NCBI GenBank assembly: GCA_027623195.1
Contig: JAQBUT010000010.1
Coordinates: forward strand, 1 to 64,000
Direction: 5' to 3'
DNA: 64,000 bases
DNA from: Chloroflexota bacterium
Lineage (GTDB): Bacteria; Chloroflexota; Dehalococcoidia; Lucifugimonadales; JADFKI01
The position numbers were made by a program, and so were the translations under genes. Every line of letters begins with the position of its first letter. Within the stretch, counting starts at the first letter, position 1. Shown here piece after piece: positions 27,894 through 37,338 of this stretch. Under the pieces are notes generated by a model, which did no database searches, had not been told where the DNA came from, and saw only the letters and a program-made list of their open reading frames with translations.

Positions 27894-28667
27894 TTGGAAA
27901 ACGCATTATTGACCAGGCTGCAGGAACGCATCGATGCCAAATCGCTGCTTACTCATCCCTTCTATCAGGCCTGGCAGGCAGGCGAATTAAGTCTGGAAGA
28001 CCTGAAAGACTACGCCGGCCAATACTACTTCTTTGAGGCCAACTTCCCTCGATACCTTAGCGCCATACACTCCAACTGCCCGGACCGTGAAGTGCGACAG
28101 AGCATACTGGATAACCTTTGGGACGAGGAGCATGGCGAACTGAACCACCGAGCCATGTGGCTTAATTTCTGTGCAGGTCTCGGATTGAATACAGCCGAGG
28201 TGGAGTTCACGGAGGTTCAGCCTAAGACTCAGGCTATGTTGGACGCTTACGCCACCTTATGCAACGAAGGCACCTTTCAGGAAGGGCTCGCAGCCATGTA
28301 CGCCTATGAGGCGCAGGTGCCGCAGGTCGCCACGGAGGAATCCAGAGGTCTGAAAGAGTTCTACGGGATTACCGACCAGCCCTCCCTCCAATTCTTCGAG
28401 GTCCACGGTATTCTGGATATAGAGCATTCAGAAAAAGAGGCCCAGTGCATAGCCAGCCAGACCAGCCGAAATGAGGAGGCCGGTGTTGAAGCCGCTCTCC
28501 AGACGGCGCTGGACGTCTGGTGGGGCTTTCTTGATGGCATTATGGAGGGCCAAGACCGCCGACAAGGTTTCCTCGCCTGCATAGCTAAGAGTGCTTCACG
28601 CGATCATGTAAATCTGGCCAAGGGCCTTGCGCCATCTGGTCACCTAACAGCCTTCGGGTGTGCTTGA
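27894..28667 (+). CDS. CADD/PqqC-like heme-oxygenase-like diiron protein
   Basis: HPFY..W..GEL, FPRYLSAIHS.C, NL.DEE....NH, YAYE, H...D..H ligands. Confidence 0.9.
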   Translation: MENALLTRLQERIDAKSLLTHPFYQAWQAGELSLEDLKDYAGQYYFFEANFPRYLSAIHSNCPDREVRQSILDNLWDEEHGELNHRAMWLNFCAGLGLNTAEVEFTEVQPKTQAMLDAYATLCNEGTFQEGLAAMYAYEAQVPQVATEESRGLKEFYGITDQPSLQFFEVHGILDIEHSEKEAQCIASQTSRNEEAGVEAALQTALDVWWGFLDGIMEGQDRRQGFLACIAKSASRDHVNLAKGLAPSGHLTAFGCA

Positions 28668-28752
28668 CGTGAGCGCCCCGAAGGCTGGAAATTAACCCTA
28701 ATTTGGCCGTATCTGGACTGAATGTTCTCAACACGGACATCGTGTCTACTAG

Positions 28753-29970
28753 ATGGACAGCTTGTTAAATATGAAAAATTCCCAAGGCCTTTTGTCAGGC
28801 GTGAAGGTGGTGGAACTGGGGTGCGGAGTCTCCGCACCCTACTGCGGCAAGGTGTTGGCGCAACTGGGAGCCGAAGTCATAAAGGTTGAGCCACCTGAGG
28901 GAGACTGGTCTCGTCGCATGGGGCCGTTCCCGAAGGATAAGCCTCATGCTGAGAGGAGTGGTCTTTACCTTGCCATGAACGCCAACAAGTTCGGCGTTAC
29001 GTTGGACCCATCATCATCCGTTGGCCAGGAACGCCTGCACAGGCTGGTAGACGCTGCCGATATCTTCGTGGAGAGCACAGCGTCCGGGGATTTCTCCGGC
29101 TACAGGCCGATCTACTCCGACCTGAAGAAGTCCAATGCCAGTCTGGTTATGACATCCATAAGCTCGTTTGGCGATTGGGGGCCTTACGCCGATTATAAGG
29201 CCACCGATCTGGTGCTGTACCACATGAGCGGGCAGGCCCACGGCCTTCTTGGTCCTGTCGAGGACCCGGACAGCGAGCCGCCCATACGCGCGGGCGGTCA
29301 TCAGGCGCTGCAGGTCGCCGGTATGGCCGCTGCAACCGCCACCATGATGGCCCTGTTCCGGCGTCGTATGACGGGTGAGGGCAGCCATGTGAAGGTCTCC
29401 GAATACGAGGCCTTGGTAACGCAGGGCATTAGCGCGTTGGCTGGCTGCGCCTTCGGGAGACCGGCCCCACCGCGTGCGCTCAGCGAGGTCCGTGAGGCGG
29501 CCACAGGCGGAGTCGTAGCGGCCGTGGGAGGTGTGCTTCCCTGTACAGACGGCTACGTGGCCATATCACCCAGGGAAGAAGCACAGTGGACGAGATGGGT
29601 TGAGCTAATGGGCAATCCAGAATGGGCGAACGAAGAGTGTTTTGCCAATCGTGAGGGCAGGGAGAGCAACTTTCCTGAGTTGTGGGAGCTGGTAAGCCAG
29701 TGGACTCGGCAGCACTCCAAGCACGATATCGCTCGGTGGGGACAGGAGACGCGCATTCCCTGCTTTCCCGTAAACACGGTGTTAGACCTGTTTAACGACC
29801 GCCATTTGGCGGACCGAGAGTTTTTCGTGGAGTCGGACCACCCCGTTGCCGGTGTGCTGAAGTACCCTGGCGTACCCTACAAGCTGGCAAACACGGAACT
29901 GCCTCTTAATGCCAGGCCCGCTCCTCTGCTGGGCCAGCACAACGATCTGGTTTTCGGGGCGACGAGATGA
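28753..29970 (+). CDS. Class III CoA-transferase (CaiB/BaiF), subunit lacking catalytic Asp
   Basis: LGAEVIKVEPP.GD, N.NK, APLLGQHN. Confidence 0.9.
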   Translation: MDSLLNMKNSQGLLSGVKVVELGCGVSAPYCGKVLAQLGAEVIKVEPPEGDWSRRMGPFPKDKPHAERSGLYLAMNANKFGVTLDPSSSVGQERLHRLVDAADIFVESTASGDFSGYRPIYSDLKKSNASLVMTSISSFGDWGPYADYKATDLVLYHMSGQAHGLLGPVEDPDSEPPIRAGGHQALQVAGMAAATATMMALFRRRMTGEGSHVKVSEYEALVTQGISALAGCAFGRPAPPRALSEVREAATGGVVAAVGGVLPCTDGYVAISPREEAQWTRWVELMGNPEWANEECFANREGRESNFPELWELVSQWTRQHSKHDIARWGQETRIPCFPVNTVLDLFNDRHLADREFFVESDHPVAGVLKYPGVPYKLANTELPLNARPAPLLGQHNDLVFGATR

Positions 29971-31151
29971 GCATGGGCGAGTTGCCTCTTAATGGCGTAC
30001 GCGTGGTCGATCTTAGCTGGATCATCGCGGGACCCACTGCCACGCGCTTCCTGGCCATGATGGGCGCAGAGGTAATTAAGGTCGGCAGCTCCCGCAGGCC
30101 CGACCCGTCTACTCGTGGCGCGCCATTTCAGGCATACAACCAGTCGAAACTTCATGCCTCACTGAACATCTCTAAGCCCGAGGGTTTGGCCCTGGCGATG
30201 GAACTAATTTCCACTTCCGATATTGTTATCGAGAACTTCGCGGCTGGCGTGGTGGAGCGGCTTGGCCTGGGGTACGATGTGCTGCGTGAGGCTAGGCCAG
30301 ACATCATCATGTTATCGTCGTCAGGCACCGGACATACAGGGCCTGACAAGGATTACGTGGCCTACGGCAGCCTGCTGCAGTTCTACACGGGATGGAACTC
30401 CATCTCCGGCTACCCCGGCGGCGAGCCCATTAAGGGCGGCCTCTGGGCGGACCCCTGGGTGGGAATGGAGCTGGCCATGATAACGACGGCGGCCCTCAAT
30501 CATCGCGCAGTCACAGGCGAGGGGCAGTACGTCGACTTCTCCATGGCTGAGGCGCTGACGGCGGGCATTCCGGAGGTGCTGTTGGACTACCAGATGAACG
30601 GACGCATCAAGGAACCAGCCGCAAACGCCGACGACTGGTACGCCCCGCACAACGTGTACCACTGCCAGGGCAGCGACCGATGGGTGGCCATCGCGGTTAC
30701 CACCGACGATGAGTGGCAAGCCCTCTGCGGAGTGATAGGCAGACCAGACCTGGCTTCCGACAGCAGGCTTTCCACAGCGGCGGGCCGAAAATCCCAGGCG
30801 CAGGTCATCGACGAGGCCATCACTTCCTGGACGCTACAGCATGGTGACTACGAGGCGATGGAGGCCTTGCAGCAGGCGGGTGTTCCTGCCGGGCCTTACC
30901 TGGAGCCGCCAAGGGTGTTCAACGACCCGCAGTTGCGGGAGGCAGGGTACTTCAAGGCGCAAGAGGCCAGCGACGGCCAGATGCGCGACCTGCCTGGTCT
31001 AGGTTGGCGATTTGCAGACGCGGGCGCATACCCGCCTCGGCTAACGGCGGCTCCTGTCATAGGCATGCACAACGAATTCGTTTACCAGGAACTGCTCGGG
31101 CTGACAGCAGAAGACGTTGGCCGGTTTATCGAAGAACAGATTATTTACTGA
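29967..31151 (+). CDS. Class III CoA-transferase (CaiB/BaiF), catalytic subunit
   Basis: AGP.ATR.LA..GAEVIKV, ENF, WAD with Asp; ATGA overlap with the upstream paralogue. Confidence 0.9.
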   Translation: MSMGELPLNGVRVVDLSWIIAGPTATRFLAMMGAEVIKVGSSRRPDPSTRGAPFQAYNQSKLHASLNISKPEGLALAMELISTSDIVIENFAAGVVERLGLGYDVLREARPDIIMLSSSGTGHTGPDKDYVAYGSLLQFYTGWNSISGYPGGEPIKGGLWADPWVGMELAMITTAALNHRAVTGEGQYVDFSMAEALTAGIPEVLLDYQMNGRIKEPAANADDWYAPHNVYHCQGSDRWVAIAVTTDDEWQALCGVIGRPDLASDSRLSTAAGRKSQAQVIDEAITSWTLQHGDYEAMEALQQAGVPAGPYLEPPRVFNDPQLREAGYFKAQEASDGQMRDLPGLGWRFADAGAYPPRLTAAPVIGMHNEFVYQELLGLTAEDVGRFIEEQIIY

Positions 31152-31168
31152 ATTGGGGTGTACTTCAC

Positions 31169-32086
31169 ATGGGTGTTCTTTACGAAAAGAAAGACGGCAT
31201 AGCCTACATAACGATCAACAATCCTGATAAGGCCAACATCCTGGACAAGGCCACGTCCGACGATCTTACGGAAGTCTGGAAGCAGGTCTACGACGACTGG
31301 GAAGTGCGCGTCGCTATCCTAACCGGCGCGGGCGACAGGCACTTCTGCGCGGGTCACAACCTGGCCACGCGCCCGGACATCACGCCGGAGGAGCGGGAGC
31401 GCGTTAGAGCTGAGAATGTGTTCTACCCTACGTCCGGCTCTGTGAATGGCAACAAGTTTGGCGCAGACGGCACGCTGGGCGACCACTACCCGCAGATTTG
31501 GAAGCCCGTCATCGGCGCCATCAACGGCTGGGCGGCTGGCGCAGGCTTCTACATCATGCTTACATCTACCGATATCAGGATCGCATGCGAGGAGCACGCT
31601 CGCTTCAAATTCGCGCTGCTGAGCCAGGGGTGGGTGGGCAATGGTCCCGGCGCGACGTACCTCATGAAGCAAATCGCCTACGCTGACGTTATGCGCATCC
31701 TGCTGACGGACGAGCCATTCGACGCGAAAGAGGCCTTGCGAATCAACCTCATCAACGAGGTTGTGCCGCACGCAAACCTCATGGAGCGGGCAGAGAAACT
31801 GGCTACGGACATCGCCAAGATGCCGCCTGCCGCTACTCGTATGATGAAGGAGTTCGTGGTCCGCTTCCGTGACACGCCCGTTAGCGAGGCCTGGCGCGTG
31901 CAGACGCTAATGAACAACCTGCTGACCCAGATGACGACGGACGGTGACGAAGGGCGTTTGGCCTTTCAGGAAAAGCGCCCTCCGGAGTTCACCGGAGGCG
32001 TCCGCCAGAAGGGCGATGCCTACCCCGAACTAGACGAGACCGAGCGGCAGCGCATGGACGAAATACGCAAAGAGCTGCTGGGGTAG
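31169..32086 (+). CDS. Enoyl-CoA hydratase/isomerase (crotonase) family protein
   Basis: FCAGHNL, KPVIGAING.A.G.G, AFQEKR.P; start at ATG 31169. Confidence 0.87.
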   Translation: MGVLYEKKDGIAYITINNPDKANILDKATSDDLTEVWKQVYDDWEVRVAILTGAGDRHFCAGHNLATRPDITPEERERVRAENVFYPTSGSVNGNKFGADGTLGDHYPQIWKPVIGAINGWAAGAGFYIMLTSTDIRIACEEHARFKFALLSQGWVGNGPGATYLMKQIAYADVMRILLTDEPFDAKEALRINLINEVVPHANLMERAEKLATDIAKMPPAATRMMKEFVVRFRDTPVSEAWRVQTLMNNLLTQMTTDGDEGRLAFQEKRPPEFTGGVRQKGDAYPELDETERQRMDEIRKELLG

Positions 32087-32094
32087 GGGTACGA

Positions 32095-32141
32095 CCCCCT
32101 TCCTAACCTTACCCTTCAGGGTGGGGCCAGGGTGAGGGGGG
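32095..32141. repeat. REP-like family C palindrome (degenerate)
   Basis: CCCCCTTCCTAACCTTACCCT...AGGGTGGGGCCAGGGTGAGGGGG; resembles the copy at 52383. Confidence 0.5.
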
Positions 32142-32240
32142 AGCATTGGCTGGTTACAGCCCGCGTATCCGTATACCGAGAACCAAATACTAAAAACTGA
32201 GAACTAAAAACTCACCACAAATACCCAAGGAGGCAAGTAA

Positions 32241-33272
32241 ATGTTCGAGAGACTGGCCATAGTCGGCACGGGAGCCATCGGCAGCGTCATAGGCGCGTAC
32301 CTGTCCAGGGCGGGCAGGGACATTACTCTGATCGACACCTGGGCCGATCACGTGGAGGCCATGAAAGCCAACGGCCTGCACGTTACGGCGGAGAACGGCG
32401 AGTTCACTACGCCCGTCAAGGCCATGCACCTGGGCGAGGTCAACACCATACTGGAACCCTTTGACGCTATCTTCCTCGCGGTTAAGTCCTATGACACCGT
32501 GTGGGCGACCCACTTCGCGATGAATTACCTTAAGCCAACCGGTGTAATCATCTCATCCCAGAACGGCGTCAACGACGAGATCATCGCGCCTATAGTCGGC
32601 TTCTCGCGGGAGATGGCCTGCGTCATCACACTGGGCGCGGGGCTTTACGAGCCGGGATACGCCATCCATACCGGCGACCCGTACAAACTGTCCTTCACTG
32701 TTGGCGAGCTTACGGGACTGGAGACGGAGCGCGTCAAGGCGCTTGCGGAGGTGATGAACGACATCGGCGTTACCAAGGTCTCACGTAACATCTGGGGCGA
32801 GCGCTGGGCTAAGCTGGCTGTGAACAGCATGGCTAATCCAATCGCGGCGTCCACAGGCCTGGGTTCAGCCGACGTTAGGCGCACTCCCGGCGTAGTGGAT
32901 GTGGCCATCAACGTGGCGGCGGAGGTCGTTCAGGTTGGCAAAGCCCTGGGCATACAGGTTGAGGCCATCAGCGGTATTCCTGCCGAGGACTACCTGGCCA
33001 CCAATAACGCCGAGGCCATGGAAGACGTGAAGTCGCGGCTGGCCGAGGGCGCGGGCTCGTTGGGCGCAGGTCGACCGTCCATGTTGCAGGACGTCATGAA
33101 GGGACGCCGCACGGAGATCGAGTTCCTGAATGGCTATGTGGCGCGGCGCGGTGATGCCTTCGGTATCAACACGCCCTTCTGCGACGGCATAGTGGACATC
33201 GTGAAGCGTGTGGAGCGCGGCGAACTGAAGTCAGACGAGGCGAACATTGAGCCATTGAAGGCGATGGTGTAG
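32241..33272 (+). CDS. Ketopantoate reductase (PanE/ApbA) family oxidoreductase
   Basis: G.GAIG, AVKSYDT, QNG, W.KL..N, SMLQD...RRTEIEFLNG. Confidence 0.88.
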   Translation: MFERLAIVGTGAIGSVIGAYLSRAGRDITLIDTWADHVEAMKANGLHVTAENGEFTTPVKAMHLGEVNTILEPFDAIFLAVKSYDTVWATHFAMNYLKPTGVIISSQNGVNDEIIAPIVGFSREMACVITLGAGLYEPGYAIHTGDPYKLSFTVGELTGLETERVKALAEVMNDIGVTKVSRNIWGERWAKLAVNSMANPIAASTGLGSADVRRTPGVVDVAINVAAEVVQVGKALGIQVEAISGIPAEDYLATNNAEAMEDVKSRLAEGAGSLGAGRPSMLQDVMKGRRTEIEFLNGYVARRGDAFGINTPFCDGIVDIVKRVERGELKSDEANIEPLKAMV

Positions 33273-33427
33273 GGGCGTACCTGCGTACTGTCACGCCGAG
33301 GGGGTGCGACGAAGATTCTGAGGCTCGTCTGGCTTGGTACGGGCACCTGCGGGTCTTCTTCTAATGCGGCTGTGTCCTTGAATATTATAATTTTAGGGGC
33401 TTTGCCCATTAAATTGGATAAAAAGAG

Positions 33428-33600
33428 GTATTAATCATTACTATGGCCCTGAAAGGCACGAGGATTAGGGTGAATACGCTTTTGAATGACCTCAGGGCGA
33501 GCCCAGGAATGTCACCTCTGTCCGGGTTCCCTGGCGTCAATTCAGGGATAAGCGTTCGGCTTCCATGAATTATTTTAAAGCTGCTATAGTGCCTTGGTGC
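33428..33600 (+). ncRNA. Candidate 6S-like rod-shaped RNA
   Basis: Closing stem, central loosely paired region and long apical stem (see findings); G-U pairs favour the + strand. Confidence 0.4.
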
Positions 33601-33629
33601 ATGCCCGCAATGATGGACAATTACCGCTC

Positions 33630-35324
33630 TTACTTTTTCTCCGCCTGCTGCGCTCGCGCCCAGGTGTCCCGCAGGGTGACGGTGCGGTTGAAGACCAGGT
33701 GCTCAGGCGTGGAGTCTTCAGAGTCGGCCACGAAGTAGCCCAGCCGCTCGAACTGGTACTGGGTGCCAGGCGTTGCGTCGGCAAGGCTGGGCTCGAGCTT
33801 CGCCTCGATCACGGTAACCAACGCCTCTGGATTCAAGGCGTCTTTCCAGTCCGCGCCTTCAGGGGCGTCCGTCGGGTCCCACTCGGTGAACAGGCGGTCG
33901 TACAGGCGTACCTCGGCGTTGATGGCGTGGCTGGCCGAGACCCAGTGCAGCGTGGCCTTCACCTTGCGGCCGTCGGGCGCTGACCCTCCCCGCGTCTCGG
34001 GGTCGTAGGTGCAGCGCAGCTCCACGACGTTGCCGTCGTCGTCCTTAACCACATCCTCGCACTTGATGAAGTAGCCGTAACGCAGGCGCACCTCGCGGCC
34101 CGGCCCCAGGCGGAAGAATTTTCGCGGCGGGTCCTCCATGAAGTCGTCCTGCTCTATGTACAGTTCCCGCGTAAACGGCACTTTCCTCGTGCCGGCCTCC
34201 GCGTCCTCAGGGTTGTTGACCGCGTCCAGCCACTCGACCTCGCCCTCCGGCATGTTCTCGATAACGATTTTCAATGGCTTACATACGGCCATGACACGTT
34301 GCGCCGTCTTGTTAAGGCGGTCGCGAACACAGTGTTGCAGCACGGCTATGTCTGTCACCGCGTTGTTCTTGGTGACGCCTATCGTTTCGCAAAAATCGAG
34401 AATGGCCTCTGATGGGTAGCCGCGCCGCCGCATACCGGCCAGCGTTGGCATACGCGGGTCGGTCCAGCCGGAGACGTGGCCCTCGTTGACCAGTTGTAGA
34501 AGCATGCGCTTGCTCAGCACGGTGTGGCTCAGGTTGATGCGGGCGAACTCGATCTGCCTGGGGTGGTATAGACCTAGCTCGTTCAGAAACCAGTCGTACA
34601 GGGGCCGATGGTCTTCGTACTCCATAGTGCACAGGGAGTGTGTTATGCCCTCGATGGAGTCCGACTGGCCATGGGCGAAGTCGTACATGGGGTAGATGCA
34701 CCACTTGTTTCCGGTGCGGATGTGCTCGGTGCGAATAATGCGGTACAGAACCGGGTCTCGCATGTTGAGGTTGGGGGACGCCATGTCTATCTTGGCGCGT
34801 AACACCGCCTCGCCCTCGGCGAACTCGCCGTTGCGCATGCGCTCCAGCAGGTCCAGGTTCTCTTCGACTGAACGTTCGCGGTGCGGGCTGTTCTTTCCGG
34901 GCTTCGTCAGCGTGCCCCTGTGCTCGCGTATCTCACCCTGGCTAAGGCTGTCTACGTAGGCCTTGCCGTCGCGAATGAGTTGCTGGGCGTATTCGTAAAT
35001 CTGGTCGAAGTAGTCAGAGGCGTAGAACTCCCTGTCGCCCCAGTCAAAGCCTAGCCATCGGATGTCCTCCCGTTGCGACTCGACGTACTCTTCCTCTTCC
35101 TTGGCGGGGTTGGTGTCGTCGTAACGCAGGTTGCACAGCCCGCCGAAGTCCTTGGCGACCCCGAAGTTCAGGCAGATAGAAGTGGCGTGTCCGATATGCA
35201 GATAGCCGTTCGGCTCCGGAGGAAAGCGGGTATGCACGCGTCCGTCGAACCTGTTGGACTGCGTGTCCTCGGAAATTGCCTGCCTGATGAAATCCGTTGA
35301 AGTGGACGGTTCCGCCGTCGCCAT
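33630..35324 (-). CDS. glnS: Glutamine--tRNA ligase
   Basis: [45 protein letters not shown]. Confidence 0.96.
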   Translation of the reverse strand: MATAEPSTSTDFIRQAISEDTQSNRFDGRVHTRFPPEPNGYLHIGHATSICLNFGVAKDFGGLCNLRYDDTNPAKEEEEYVESQREDIRWLGFDWGDREFYASDYFDQIYEYAQQLIRDGKAYVDSLSQGEIREHRGTLTKPGKNSPHRERSVEENLDLLERMRNGEFAEGEAVLRAKIDMASPNLNMRDPVLYRIIRTEHIRTGNKWCIYPMYDFAHGQSDSIEGITHSLCTMEYEDHRPLYDWFLNELGLYHPRQIEFARINLSHTVLSKRMLLQLVNEGHVSGWTDPRMPTLAGMRRRGYPSEAILDFCETIGVTKNNAVTDIAVLQHCVRDRLNKTAQRVMAVCKPLKIVIENMPEGEVEWLDAVNNPEDAEAGTRKVPFTRELYIEQDDFMEDPPRKFFRLGPGREVRLRYGYFIKCEDVVKDDDGNVVELRCTYDPETRGGSAPDGRKVKATLHWVSASHAINAEVRLYDRLFTEWDPTDAPEGADWKDALNPEALVTVIEAKLEPSLADATPGTQYQFERLGYFVADSEDSTPEHLVFNRTVTLRDTWARAQQAEKK

Positions 35325-35382
35325 ATTTTTTCCCCTGACTATCTTTGGTTTACTACAAGTTACGATAAATTAAGCCCGGCGG

Positions 35383-36549
35383 CTACGCAAGCACCTGCAT
35401 GGTGTACCTTGAGCGCATCAACTTGCCCTCGTTGAACCGCTGCATGTTAAGCATGGATATGTCGATGGTAGAGGCCTTGCCCTGGGTAATGAGCTCCGCC
35501 ATGGTTAGGCCGATCATGGGCGACTCCTTGAAGCCGTGACCGCTAAAGCCTACCGCGCAGTACAGGCCGTCGATGCCTTCCACCTTGTCGAGAATCTGGT
35601 GCCAGTCTGGTGTTGTGGTGAAGAGGCCGGACCAGCCACCCTGGAACAGGGCCTCGCTCATGGCGGGAATTCGTTTCGCCAATCTGACCATACCGCTCTC
35701 CACTGCAGGCATATCCAGACCCTGGTTATACTCGTCCGGCCCTGGGCTATCCTCCTCGCCAACGCCTATCAGCGTGCGCATGCCAATGTCCGGGCGGGTG
35801 GAGAAATCGTTGGCGATGTCGCCTATGGCGGGATGCTCCGGTAGATTGTTCGGCCTGCGCAGGTTGATTACCTGGTGCCGTACTGTGCCCAGCGGCAGGT
35901 CCAACCCGACCTTGCGTAGTAATGGCCTGCTCCACGGTCCGGTAGCCACAACAGCGATTGGCGTCTCTATGCGCTCGTCCGGTGTGACTATAGCCGTGAC
36001 CTTGCCGCCTGTTATCTCGATGTCCGTGACCATTGTGCCGTCTTTGACGCGGGCTCCCATGTCGCGGGCGCGGTTAGCGTAGCCGGTCGTTACCGAGTAG
36101 GGGTCGGCGTAACCTGACTCGGGCTCGTAGGCAAAGGCCTCGTCGTCCCGGAAGCTCACCATAGGCGCGATCTCCCGCGCTTGCTCTATAGTTACCTCGT
36201 CTGTAGCGATGCCCAGCCCTTTATGCATGGCCACGTTATCGCGCATGGCCTTCTTGTCGTCCTCGTCGCTCACGATGAGGAAGTAGCCTGTGCGGGTGTA
36301 GCCGGACGGTGTGCCGGTTAGCTCTTCGAAGTTCTTCAACACCTCCAGGCTCTTCCAGGCGAACAGCGACGTGACCTCGTTGGAGTAGTGCATGCGCAAG
36401 ATGGCCTGAGACCGACTGGTGGAGCCGGAGCCTAGCACGTCTTTTTCCAGCAATAGCGTGTTGGTCATGCCAAGAGAGGCGAGGTTGTAGAGGATGCTAC
36501 AGCCCATAACGCCGCCGCCTATGATTACCGCGTCCGCTGTTGTTGCCAT
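35383..36549 (-). CDS. FAD-dependent oxidoreductase (DAO / sarcosine oxidase beta-like)
   Basis: IIGGGVMG, GST.RS, TPDW, GFSGHGFK; ATG at 36549 has SD AAGGAG. Confidence 0.9.
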   Translation of the reverse strand: MATTADAVIIGGGVMGCSILYNLASLGMTNTLLLEKDVLGSGSTSRSQAILRMHYSNEVTSLFAWKSLEVLKNFEELTGTPSGYTRTGYFLIVSDEDDKKAMRDNVAMHKGLGIATDEVTIEQAREIAPMVSFRDDEAFAYEPESGYADPYSVTTGYANRARDMGARVKDGTMVTDIEITGGKVTAIVTPDERIETPIAVVATGPWSRPLLRKVGLDLPLGTVRHQVINLRRPNNLPEHPAIGDIANDFSTRPDIGMRTLIGVGEEDSPGPDEYNQGLDMPAVESGMVRLAKRIPAMSEALFQGGWSGLFTTTPDWHQILDKVEGIDGLYCAVGFSGHGFKESPMIGLTMAELITQGKASTIDISMLNMQRFNEGKLMRSRYTMQVLA

Positions 36550-36802
36550 GTCCGACTCCTTAATCGGTATATCTTCGGATTCCGTTTCGTCGGAGAGCCT
36601 AGACTTTCTCTGATGTCGTGGAGCCCTAAGCTCCCTCGTGTCGCGATGAAAGTTTAGCACTGGTGGACTGGACGTGCACCGGTGCTATAATCATGCCCCA
36701 AAGAAGACGGGACGTTTAGTGCAAGCCATCAAACGTGGCCAGATTAAATGCATGCCGTTACGCGGTTGATATGAAAAAAACCTCTGTTAAGGAGCCAAAA
36801 CT

Positions 36803-37327
36803 ATGCCAAGAGCGATATTGGACTTGCAAAATCCTGCGGACCTGGCGGCGGTAGGCGGCCAATGGCGGTACGCTATCGGACTGGTGCCGGGGGAGCCAAA
36901 CGAGGGATTGGTTGCCAATATGGAGGGCAGCCCAGCGCGCCTCACGGACTACGACGACTCGGGTTGGGAGACCACTAACGACATAGCAGAGTGGCACTCT
37001 CACGGGGTGTCGTTCATATGGTATCGAATTAACGTTACGCTACCTGCGACTGTGGGCGGCCAGAGCATCAGCGGGTCACGTTGCCTGATCGAGACCTGCA
37101 TCGACGACTATGGTGAGATCTGGATCAACGGCGAATGCGACAGGGATAGGGGCGCAGTGCAGGGCTTTAACGTTCCTCAAAGAGTGGTCGTGACCGCCGA
37201 CCCGAAACCCGGCGATAAGTACACCATCGCCCTCCTGGCGGCAAACGGGCCTTTAGGCGCACCGGGCGGCGCAGTCTTTGTACGCTACGCTTCTTTGGCC
37301 TTCGAGTGGCGTGATCCTAGCTATTAA
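36803..37327 (+). CDS. Hypothetical protein with a galactose-binding-like (GH2 N-terminal type) domain
   Basis: YDDSGW, WYR...LP, DDYGEIWING pattern; SD AAGGAG; extended -10 TGcTATAAT at 36683-36691. Confidence 0.7.
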   Translation: MPRAILDLQNPADLAAVGGQWRYAIGLVPGEPNEGLVANMEGSPARLTDYDDSGWETTNDIAEWHSHGVSFIWYRINVTLPATVGGQSISGSRCLIETCIDDYGEIWINGECDRDRGAVQGFNVPQRVVVTADPKPGDKYTIALLAANGPLGAPGGAVFVRYASLAFEWRDPSY

Positions 37328-37338
37328 GATTCCCCAAC

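Noticed and set aside
31004..31168. Long N-terminal extension of the crotonase
   Set aside because: Overlaps the CoA-transferase in another frame; homology starts at ATG 31169
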